Part shown: positions 1 through 10,438 of the stretch, piece by piece
Position numbering within the stretch: the stretch's first letter is position 1
Layout: every line of letters begins with the position of its first letter
Origin: Nemertoderma westbladi
Taxonomy: Eukaryota; Animalia; Xenacoelomorpha
Length of the DNA: 52,698 nt
Assembly (NCBI GenBank): GCA_032718475.1
Contig: JAUCBJ010007401.1
Span: 1-52,698 of the forward strand
Reading direction: 5' to 3'
Translations under genes and position numbers: made by a program
Notes under the pieces: model-generated
Databases searched by the model: none
Seen by the model: only the letters and a program-made list of their open reading frames with translations
What the model was told of the DNA's origin: nothing

Positions 1-362
1 TTGTAACTTCCGAGCACATTGATATTCTAACATCATTCCAACCATACATGTCATGAGCGGTTGGGTGGCAGCTGACAGATCCAGTAGTTGGTATAACCAT
101 CATGGTGTTTTCCCAAAACGAATTGGGAAGAGTCGGAAAACCCAAACTGAGAAACAAAGATTCAGCACTGCGAAACATGCGGTCACTGGTGAACCCCTGT
201 TCCACCATCGCATTAGTTACATCTAAGGAAGCAACACCCGGGAATGGGTTTAACAGGTCTAGTAGGCCTTCCCATTGGTTCACGTAAATGTTACCCAATA
301 GATGGGCGGGGATAAGACCCTCAATAAAGTCTACGTTCGGATAAGTTGCTTCTAGTTTCCTC
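1..362 (-). CDS. ACE-family (peptidase M2) gene, internal exon; runs off the window start
   Basis: tttacag acceptor at 365-363; translation RKLEATYPNVDFIEGLIPAHLLGNIYVNQWEGL...LDVTNAMVEQGFTSDRMFRSAESLFLSLGF...FWENTMM...SCHPTAHDMYGWNDVRISMC matches the ACE motifs IPAHLLGN, FW..SM and VCH..AWD. Confidence 0.93.
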
Positions 363-794
363 CTGTAAACAATGAAAAGAGTTGTTACAATATATGAGAT
401 CTATATTGTAAACAACGTAAGAAACTGTAAGCTGGTTCAGGTATGATTGATTGAATCATTGTAGTAAGGATCCTGTCTACTCTAATTCAATTAATTAATG
501 AATCTGGTATATACGTAGCTAATGCATGCCCTGTGGCAAAGGGAGGGAAACTGGACGCTATAAAAATGCATCCCTCTCCAGGGGAACTTGGACGCAAATA
601 ACAGCTATTTACGAGCAAATATATAACTGTAACCTGTTCTGTTGTGTTTAGTTTATTGTTTTGGTTAAAATAACGTTCCACTGTAACCTGCTCCTTTCCC
701 TAAATTGAGAATTTAACATTGAGGCGGGATATTAATTCGCCAAGGCGGGTTTTTCGCCACCCCCCCCCCCCCCCGTCTCCCCTGTGGAGATAAA

Positions 795-1130
795 TTACTT
801 TCGGCGAGACTTAGCGCACAATTATAATTAGTAAATAGCGCAAAATTTCATATCCGTCTGTCTGTCTGTCTGTCCGTCTGTCTGTCCGTCTGTAATAAAA
901 AATTCATTCGTAAATAACTTTCGAATATTTTAACCATTTCAACCAACTTTTGTATGGGCATACTAGAGAAAACGTTCCAATATTTTTGATAGTTACGGAC
1001 AAATACCTCTCGAACTTTTGACTCCAGATCAAACCGAACTTGTTTCGAACTTGCTCAAGTTTGCGTGCTGCGTGACGTCCCACGAACGTGTTTTACAGTG
1101 AGTCAATGAGTTTACCTTTTCGGTACAGAT
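795..1130. mobile_element. Probable Helentron/DINE-like non-autonomous repeat in an ACE intron
   Basis: (GTCY)n tract ccgtctgtctgtctgtctgtccgtctg at 855-892, typical of such elements; boundaries approximate. Confidence 0.4.
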
Positions 1131-1153
1131 AGATGTGTAAGAATTAAATTAAC

Positions 1154-1332
1154 CTGGTATAAGTGTGCAGTTGAGAATAGAGTGGCTTCACCTCATTCCA
1201 CAACCTATCTATTAGTAACAAGAACTCATTGTCTTCCATGTCATAAGAACTTCGCAAATAATATCCGTAGTCCGAATATCCGTTGCGCTGGGAGGCTGTA
1301 TTTACTTTGTCAACATATTCGGTAAAGTACGG
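1154..1332 (-). CDS. ACE-family gene exon
   Basis: AG/GT bounded; PYFTEYVDKVNTASQRNGYSDYGYYLRSSY...LWNEVKPLYSQLHTYTR resembles ACE N.AAR.NGY.D.G.YWRS.Y...PLY..LHAYVR; phase joins the 362 exon. Confidence 0.93.
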
Positions 1333-1617
1333 CTGCAATGAAGGATATTAAATATCAAATATTTAAATTAAATAATTAATTACTTTCTTATTTACAATTT
1401 AATTTAGTCAATTAAATTAACTGCACAAACCCTTGGAGAAAGCAATTTAAAATAAAAAACTGAAATGATTGATAATTAATACCGACAGGAGTACAAAATT
1501 GCGAGAACCTTCTGTACAAAAGATATTGAAAACTGAACTTAAAGAAGTTCACTTTATAATAATAACAATTATCATTATTAATGATAAGTCTTTCTAAATG
1601 ATATCTAACAAGCAGAC

Positions 1618-1753
1618 CTGTATGGAATGGAATGTCCCACGCAGACCGTCCCAAGCTGCCGCCAACACGTCCGGATCTGTAGAACTTCCGACTAAATTCT
1701 GTATGGATCGGGAATCCATGCAGCTATCAGTGAGACCGCATACGTTGACACTC
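1618..1753 (-). CDS. ACE-family gene exon
   Basis: AG/GT bounded, phase-compatible with both neighbours; SVNVCGLTDSCMDSRSIQNLVGSSTDPDVLAAAWDGLR resembles ACE AKVC...C...S.D..ELL.AW.GWR. Confidence 0.88.
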
Positions 1754-2242
1754 CTGGAACGATATGTTAATTAATTCTCATTGAGAACTTCTGCTATTGT
1801 ATAGTGAGACAACAAACGAGGATATTCAATATTAAATGAATAACGGGATTTGTCGTAGCACTTTTGTAAATTTTCCCTTAAAATTTGTGGAAAATCGGTG
1901 AAAATTTTAGCTGTAAATTAGATGTGGAACTTTAATGTGAATTACTTTGGGGCTAAATAATCCACCATATATAGACCACCATATCGCTTCGACCTCCGCT
2001 CACCAATCTCTACGATGGGATTATCACCTTCTTAATTCCTTTGTGAAAGGCCGGCCCCTAATGAAAATTAATCTAGGGAAGTCTACCTCCTATAACATGA
2101 ATTACTGTAGAATGATGAATAATTAGGGTTGAGACAGGGAATGTATCCTTCCATCTTCTGATTGATCTCATTAACTGTTTCGGTTTATCAAGTTGTATTT
2201 TTTGTATCCAAAATTTAAATTTTAGTTTCATGTAGAACTTAC

Positions 2243-2366
2243 TGAATAATCGTAAACATGCTGTTCTTTAATTCTGAGATATCGCTTAACTCTGAGGCTT
2301 CGTAATCAATTCCTCTATTTGCTATAAGTTGTAACATTCGTAACTTGTTAGCCGATCTAATATGAT
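2243..2366 (-). CDS. ACE-family gene exon
   Basis: ttttgtttag acceptor and gtaagt donor; NHIRSANKLRMLQLIANRGIDYEASELSDISELKNSMFTII, phase-compatible with neighbours. Confidence 0.82.
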
Positions 2367-2507
2367 CTAAACAAAATATTATAAGGTAATTAATAAATAG
2401 TGATTACTTAGGTACCGAACAATATTTTTGTTTGAATGAATAAACCAAATATGGACTTAAAGTGCTTCCTATAAGCTCAGTCACTATCTTATTCCATGAA
2501 TACTAAC

Positions 2508-2694
2508 TATTGTTCTCCCTGAGGATAGCCTTGGCTTCCGCTTTTAGTGTTGCTATTAGTGTTGAGTATTCGCTAGCAATTGAAACCCCTGCTGCATGGG
2601 TATCCGCAGCCATGTTTATTGTGAAATTCCAATTTGCCCCTGCCATCTTCGCTTCAGCAGCCGTCACAGACCGGTTGTATTGAGAAAGCCATCT
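2508..2694 (-). CDS. ACE-family gene exon (N-terminal helices)
   Basis: RWLSQYNRSVTAAEAKMAGANWNFTINM resembles ACE FL..YN......ANWNYNTN; gttagt donor at 2507. Confidence 0.85.
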
Positions 2695-2878
2695 CTACAA
2701 GTGAAAAAAAAGCGATTGATGATGAATAATTATTTTAGTTTTTTCATAGATTTCTTGATTGACCTAATAGGCTATTGCTATCGCCATTAATCCAAAGAAA
2801 GCAAAAGCAAGCAAGTAAACAGTCGGTAGAGGCCGGAGGCGACCCTACGGTTCCTCTTTCTCTGTAGGTAGGTCCTTG

Positions 2879-4080
2879 TGTAAAAGCTTTTGTGGGATAA
2901 CTGATTCGTTTGCTTTGCTAACCAGTTCCCCCCAGTCGCTGAATACTCTAAAAAGGGATATCTAGCTAGAATAGTGCAAGCTACCGGCTGATTGGCTGAT
3001 TTGCTGTGCGAAGGGATCTGGGTGCTGTTCGATCGGCCAACCAGCTTAGGGAGGTTGCCTCAGCCCTGTTTGCCGTATCGGCCAATAGAATTTGAGTTGG
3101 CGTTGATTTTGACCTATCCCAGAGCTACTGAACTGAATTTCCTATCTGTATGCTCATCCTCTGTGTTGGACGGGAGTTTCGGGGAATAAAGGTAGTTGGT
3201 ATCCTCGTATAGAGTAGTAGTCATTGTGTTCATTGTTGTAGTTGTTGTGTTCCCATTTTTCGCCAGACCACCGGCTTTTGGGAAGAACTCTAGTAAAACT
3301 GCTTAAATTATTGAAAGTATAACTGTTATCTCACTAACTAATCTAACTCACTATTAATCATATGATTCTCCCGAACTTTACTTATGAATTATATTATTTG
3401 TACTGTTATTTACTGTCAGTTATTAATTGTATCGATTTGTTGAGGAAATATTACCCTTTGGAGAATACTGATAAATCACCCAAAATTCCCAATTTTCTTG
3501 ATACACTACAGGTTAGAGAGACAGGCTATACATAACAATTGCGATTTATATCAATGTGGTGTGTATTGAATCTAATGTTATTTAGCAGACCCTACATGAG
3601 TCAATTGCTGCTCTCTTTATGTGTGATCAAATTTACTGACGGTCGGCAGAATAGTGTGCATGATTGTGATTGATAACAAAGCATTTCCTAAAGAATGCGC
3701 CTTATACTTTAATCATAAGCATTATCGTTGTGTTTAGTATAAGTCCTAGCTCTGTTTAAATAGATAGAGCGCCACGTCCTAAAGGAACTGTTAATATTTC
3801 CCGAAAGCCAATAATATCTGTCAGAAATTAATTATTAACGATCAATCGAATAATACAGTAGGTTTACACTGCAATCTTACACTGCAATAATAAAATTTAA
3901 GCAGCCGAATTCAGCCTCCCGGGTGTATCCATCGGGTGAATGATCGCGCATGGGCTGGCTTCGGTTAATGTTTTGTTTATTAGCATAAAATATTGTCGTA
4001 TGCTAAAGGTGTTTTAATTAACTAAAAGACATATAAATTTTGGCAGGTTAAACTGCTAAAGGTCTTCAAAAGCGCGAACA
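2879..4080 (+). repeat. 5' LTR (1202 bp)
   Basis: Starts TGTAAAAGC, ends GCGCGAACA; aligns end to end with 20262-21452; AATAAA near 3889. Confidence 0.95.
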
Positions 4081-4092
4081 ATAACAGTTATA
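4081..4092 (+). promoter_or_regulatory. Non-canonical primer-binding-site position (ATAACAGTTATA)
   Basis: Directly abuts the LTR CA; no TGG; exact reverse complement of LTR 3318-3329. Confidence 0.55.
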
Positions 4093-4135
4093 GATCTTAT
4101 TGCAGTAAGCAATAAGGTTGCAAAATACCGTAGTG

Positions 4136-4278
4136 ACCGGTAACCCTGAACCGGTACTTCTGTAGGTCAGTAGGCCCAACAACCTGAACCGGTACTGCTG
4201 TAGGTCCGTAGGTCCAACTGCCAGAACCGGTACTTCTGTAGGTCTGTAGGCCCAACTGTCCTAACCGGTACTGCTGTA
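4136..4278 (+). repeat. ~38-39-bp tandem repeat, about 4 copies, in the element leader
   Basis: Unit approximately aaccggtactKctgtaggtcNgtaggYccaac. Confidence 0.85.
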
Positions 4279-4440
4279 TAAGTACATTAGTATTATTCGA
4301 ATTTGATTAGTGCATACCGGTAGGCTGTTTAAGAGATTAGGGACTGTACACCCCTTGTTTCTTTTGGAGCTTACTTATTTCTGTTGGTTTTATTTCCTAG
4401 TAAGTTAATATTGAGCTGAAGACGTGTAAGTCTGCTCAGA

Positions 4441-5025
4441 TTACTCAGATATTTTGTAGGCTGAATTGCTGTCTGACTGTTGTTGGGTTTGGAGAGATTA
4501 TGGCGTGTGTAGAGTTTGTCTGATAAAGTGCCGTTAGTAAGTTGGGGCAGCCATATGCTGTAAGGTCAATCCCCTCTTAAAGAATAAGTCGTACTACCGT
4601 GTTAGAACGCATACTAACTAACAGTTTCAGAATCTGCATATACTGTAGTTTATTTAGGCTTGATCGTGGTCTGCCAGCATTTTGGCCTGTGTTTGTTTGT
4701 GTAGTCTGTTCAGGTACCGTAATAGTTATTACTCAGATATTTTGTAGGCTGGATTGTTGTCTAGTTATTATTAGGTCTGAAGAGATTGCTGTGTGTGTGG
4801 AGTTTGTCTGATAAAGTGCCGTTAGTAAGTTGGGGCAGCCATATGCTGTAAGGTCAATCCCCTCTTAAAGAATAAGTCGTACTACCGTGTTAGAACGCAT
4901 ACTAACTAACCATTTCAGAATCTACACGTACGGTAGTTTATTTAGGCTTGGTGGTAGTCTGCCAGCGTTTGGTTTGTATTTTGTTTGAGTATTCTGTACG
5001 GGTAGCGTAATATTTATTATTCAGA
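4441..5025 (+). repeat. ~288-bp direct duplication in the element leader
   Basis: ttactcagatattttgtaggctg at 4441 and 4729; gagtttgtctgataaagtgccg at 4512 and 4800. Confidence 0.9.
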
Positions 5026-5959
5026 GTTTATGCGATTATTCGCAACATTCATGTCCCCAAGTTTATCTCTACAGTAATTGTGCTTGTTATACATACCGTT
5101 ATAGTTAAATTAACCCCGGTACTACACGGGCTGCTTGGCGTAGGACAAGACTGGTGACTTTGTGCTCTGGTCACTCCAGCAGATGCCGTGGTTCTTTTAA
5201 CTGTTCAAGTATATTTAACTACTGATTATTTGTTGTACCAGTACTTGTATCTAATTTAGGGTTTAGTGTACAGTGCTTCCGAGAGTAATTAGTGTGTAGG
5301 CAGTATATTTGTGTTGTAAAGTGGTTGATAGGCACATTCGTTAGCTCTATTAACTTCTGGGTAGGAACACTCCGTGATACATAACGTAGTACCTATAGCG
5401 ATACGGTTATAGGTCGTCAGGCAGTGGTATTTTCCTATCTGGACAGTGCAATATATTTACTACTACTTATTATTTCAAATACCGTAGTACCCTGTCCGTT
5501 GTAATAACCAGAAATCTAACCCTTTGTTAGGCTGGTTTGTAGACTTCCTGTAAAATTACCCTAAAAAAAAAATTTCGTACGTAATATTTTTGTTGTGTTT
5601 TCAATTAGAGAATTAATCTCACCCGTATCGTAAGTAATTTGTAGTATTAAGTAACTTAGGTAAATTAGAATTATCTGTTTTAGTGTCTCAATAAGTAACA
5701 CTTCACTGAGAGCGCACAGCTTCTGTGTAGTGACTTCCCCAGAAATAATAACATTTATTTCAAATATTGAAAAAACCCATTTAAACGGGTATATATCTAT
5801 TATAAATCAACTCAAACGATTTATAAATAGTAGGCCTGCAATACAACAACTAGGTCTCAATATCAGTTGGACTACTGCTTAAATAACGGTAATAAAGTAA
5901 GTTAAAGTAACCAAGTAACCCTAAAATATTCAGAAATTCAATTATTCTAAAAATAATTG

Positions 5960-6215
5960 ACATACCGGTACTTACCATAGGCTTATTATATTTATTTCTA
6001 TAAATTTGAGCTGAAATCATACCGGTATTCTGTAATTAATTCTAGTTCATAATTATACTTATATATACTATAAGTGTAAGCTATATACCGGTATTCACGA
6101 TAGGCCTATTATATATTTATATATATTTGTGCTAAAATTATATACCGGTACTCTGTGACAAATCTAGTCTGTAATAATACTTATATATATATTATAAGCA
6201 TACCGGTATTCTAAT
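5960..6215 (+). repeat. AT-rich ~120-bp dimeric repeat built around TACCGGTA
   Basis: Five ATACCGGTA motifs about 57-65 bp apart with alternating similar spacers. Confidence 0.75.
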
Positions 6216-6346
6216 ATATTGTATATATATCACGTTAAACCGAGTAACGGTATCGGTAATAAATCGCTAAGCTTGCGGTCATACTGAATTACCAGACTTG
6301 CTTTAACTGAAACTATAGTAGTAGACATTCAACTGTATAGCTAAAC

Positions 6347-9300
6347 ATGTCTGACACTCAGCAAAACCTGTCAGACAGTCTGATCGATACAACCATCTGT
6401 GACACAGATAGGAGTGTGGAGCGATTAAGAAAGGAGTTCAGCTCACCTCCTACTGCAAGAAAGGTCATCCCTCCAGTAGTATCAGACCCTAGGCTAATCC
6501 ACCATAGGTCCATCATAGGCACTCGGGCACAGGTCAAACGGAACCAAGAGGCAGTTGTCCTATCGCAGCAACATCTTGGTCAAGAACCTACTTCCCAGCG
6601 ACCCGATAGCTCCAGTACTTCGGATACTGTAGAGCTGACCCCCGAACGCGGAGTGCAGATGGCTGCTACAGTCTACTCGGACCCCCTTCTTACCCTTCCT
6701 GCTGCAGTGCTAACTACTATATTCATTGCGGTGGAGGAACATCAAGCCGACTGGGCGAGAAATAAGCGAGCGACCCAAGATAATTATGCGGGATACGCCA
6801 GGGAAGAATTGATGTCTATTGTCGAGTCACAATGGAACTTTCCCGGACTCGGACTCCCGTTGGATCTGTCCGAGGCTACTTGGGAAGATATATACAGGAT
6901 GGGAGTGGCTAAAGATACAATGGATCCAGCTGTTTGGAAGAGGTCGGCAGCAGGATATGTACAGGGATTCTTCGGCTCCTTGGAGCGATTGGAAGAACAA
7001 CTGTTTCGACAACCCCAAGGACCTCAAGAGCAGGAAGAGCTGCTATACCAAGTACGCGAAAGAACCCTACGCATTCGACTAATCCTATCAGCCTTTGAGG
7101 AAACTTCCAAAAGAAGACAGGACACGTCGCTGCAGGTTGCTGTCAAAACTTGGTTCCATCGGGTAGGTCTCAAAGTACAGGAAACGGCCCAGTGGAAATC
7201 CCAGCTGGCTGAGAGATCAACCTATGAAGAACAAACTGATGTCACCCTTTCTCAAGCGGAAAGCGAAGAGACCGCCGAGAAACCGCGAACTAGAGACGCT
7301 ATCGACATTTATCTGTCTGACTATCAGCGATTCCTAGGAGACGAAGAGTTGAGGAGACGGCTGTCTGGACTTTCCCCTAATAGTGAAGGAACCAAGCTTG
7401 TGTTGGATTCAATCGATGCCGAAATGTTAGCTGCAAACCAAGCTGAATTTGATGAAAAAATCCGCCTCACTAGAGTCCGAGAAGAACAGGTAAAGAAAGA
7501 ACGGATAGAGAAAAGAAAGGTGGCAGCAGCAGCGGCGGCAGAAGCAGAAGCCGAAAGAAAGGCGGCAAAGGCAGAAGCCGAAAGAAAGGCGGCAGAAACA
7601 GAAGCCGAAAGAAAGGCGGCAAAGGCAGAAGCCGAAAGAAAGGCGGCAGAAGCAGAAGCAGAAAGAAAAGCAGCAGTGGCAGAAGCAGAACGGAGAGCTT
7701 CTGAGGAGACTATCCAACTGGAGTTGGAAAATCTGCAAGAGACGCAAGACAGTATAAATAAACAGTTTACTGCTAATCAAATGCAGATGATGAGAAAATC
7801 TACTCCCAAGCGCCAGGGATACACATCCTCGGAGGAAGGCGAGACCACCGATCCTGAAGGCGGAGGAAATAGATCTCATCTAAGTAGGCGTAGAAAAACA
7901 TCTTACCGTCGCAAATTGCCTGATTTGCCCCCAGCTGTTAGAAGACAGCTAGCTAGCACAGACTTGAGTAGTATAGAACCTACAGCACAAAGTATTAAGG
8001 TCAAAAGACTCCCTACAATAGTTGATGAGCCTGAAATAATTAGGCCTGTCGTTCCCAAAGTCACTTCTGTGTTAGAGACCCCTGTACTTCCAGAGCTTAA
8101 CTCTAAATTCCCTTTACATAGTACTACACTGCCTGTACCCGGTAGAACAGTCCAAGAGAATATCCCTGTCTGGATAGCAGAGAGAGAAATCAAAGATTTG
8201 TCTCCCGTCGTCCCGCGTCAGCCCGCTACTATGTTGGCGACTCCCGCTTCGGCGGTTGAGTGGGTAGAAGAGGGATGGCGGGGGATGAATCTCCTGCTAG
8301 GACAGATGCAGGAGACTGTCCACCAACTTAAGGGAACAGTGAGGGAAGGTAGAGCAGAGTTGCAAGAAGTGCAGCAAAGTATCGCACTAGAACGCGACAA
8401 ATTAGTCAATATCCAAAAGGGCATACCAATACCCCATGTAACATTGTGTCAACCTGTTAGGTCTGAAGTACTACATGCGCAAGGTGTGGAGCCTACACGC
8501 ATCTATACTGCTAGTGAAGTAGAAACTCCTATAGCAAACCCTATTAAGGGTGATTATACGCCTGTTGCTAATGATATTCCCTATAGACCTGATAATAATC
8601 CAAGGAATTTATATACCGATAATTCGATATTAAATAACATGATGGCTCAAGAAAGCTTTACGCGTCAGATGGCTAGAACAGAAGCCCGCCAAGCGGTCAA
8701 AGTGGGAGAGATCGTCAAATTCAATGGAGATGAGATGAAATGGTTACCTTTCAACGAATATTACAAAGATAGCATACAGAACTCTGTACTATCTAACGGA
8801 GAGAAACTTAGATTCCTCATCAAGTGCTTGGAAGGACCTCCCAAGTTAATGGCGTTAAAGTTTATTGGACATCCAGATGGATTAAGACAAGTTTGGGATA
8901 CATTAAACATCAGGTATGGTAACAAGGATAACATAGCTAAGTATTTGTATGCAAAATTAGTAGCCCCCCGACACTTCCTTAGTAACGGGATTATAGAGTT
9001 TTCCGATGAAATTCAAGAGATCTGTAGACAACTGGACTGGTTAGGTAAGTCGCATGAATATCAGAGTTCCATGGTTATTAGAGCCGTAGTCTCTACTTTA
9101 CCAAAGGGTGGAGTATGTACACGCTGGGACAAGAAAGTGTTGTACATGAATGAACAACAACGACGAAGTCCTACCATGGCTGATCTCATGTCTTTCTTAG
9201 ATGGTGAAGTAAAACTACAACTCATCAAGCAGTCCAGAGAGAAAACATCGGAAAATAAGGTAAGTGAGAAACCCACTTCTAGGAGAAGAGTAACACCGGT

Positions 9301-10438
9301 GTGTTACACTGACGACGGCGAAAGCCAAGCTTCCCAAGAAGAGGACAGCGGGAAAGACACAGACCGATCTTACTATGTTGACAAAACCTCAAAGGATGTA
9401 AGTAAATACAAGGCTCGAAACAACGATAGGAGAGATTAGGTTGCCAAGACCCCTCCTCAGTCTCCTAACAGAATGCACCGAAGAAAACCCGAAGAAAAAA
9501 CGAGAGTGCATCAAGTTACCCAAGGTAAAGTGAGTAACATAAAACCTAACTGTGCGCTGTGCGACGGGACCCACCGTTTGAGTGCGTGTGCTGAATTTCT
9601 AAAGAAATCCCTTGTAGACAGACGTACAGTCGTGTGGGACAAGCGGTTATGCTATAATTGCCTCAGACCAGGACATCAACGGCGAACCTGTTACTCAGAC
9701 ATAAAGTGTGCAAAGTGTGGCGCGAAACATCACATCTTGTTACACAGTGAGTTCGAACGAGACAGACAGAGTCAGGTAAGTGAGCCCGAACTACATGTCC
9801 AATTTAGTGACGTAAACGACACTGATCAAGAGTCTGAGATGGAAGGATTCTATACTGACGAATTCTCCGACGCCAATGAATCCTGTTATCTAATAAATAC
9901 CGCAGTGTATCGAGCACTTACTTACGAAAAGGACATCAACGATGAGTTTCCCCCAACTACTTTCACCAAACAACCATCTTGGAAAGCTCCAGCTTCCAAC
10001 GTAGGAATCAGAGAATTTCCTGTAGTTCAGGTAAGAGTTCACGGTCTTAACAAAAGCTACATAGTGAACGCCCTCCTTGACTCCGGCAGCACAGGAACAT
10101 TCATCGATCAAGAACTAGCCGAAGATATCTTTGCTGGACAACCCAAGTTCCGGACTAAATTGAATATGTCAGGAATTATGCAGGTTTGGAAATCTACCCT
10201 AACGGCAGATTACTATGTAGGTGTGTTGTCCACCCCCCAGGATCAGTTAGGAACCCAAGGCATAAGGTCAGTAAAAATGGTGGCTATAAAGAACTTTGCT
10301 ACTACTCAAGCAGACCTTTATAATTGGGACGAAGATGAGAGCATCCAACATCTTAAGATACCTCGATTCCAGACAGATTATCCTGGAGTGCAAATACTCA
10401 TCGGTCAAAACGCGCACGAGGCGCTCGAAACATTATAG
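6347..10438 (+). pseudogene. gag: BEL/Pao Gag-protease region, interrupted by TAG at 9437-9439
   Basis: DUF1759-like KFNGDEMKWLPF...LSNGEKLRFLIKCLEGP; knuckles CALCDGTHRLSAC, CYNCLRPGHQRRTC, CAKCGAKHHILLH; protease ALLDSGS; ORFs at 6347 and 9473 share a frame. Confidence 0.93.
7530..7700 (+). repeat. 24-bp coding repeat (AEAERKAA-like, about 6 copies) in Gag
   Basis: gcagaagccgaaagaaaggcggca repeated in frame. Confidence 0.9.

Noticed and set aside
7530-7700. TolA-like bacterial sequence or horizontal transfer
   Set aside because: Low-complexity Ala/Glu/Lys repeat generated by local 24-bp duplication
7427-7879. Cys/Phe-rich minus-strand ORF
   Set aside because: Antisense shadow of the AEAERKAA repeat in Gag
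9437-9439. TAG as programmed gag-pol readthrough
   Set aside because: It falls before the Gag zinc knuckles, BEL elements usually have one fused ORF, and several other stops show general decay
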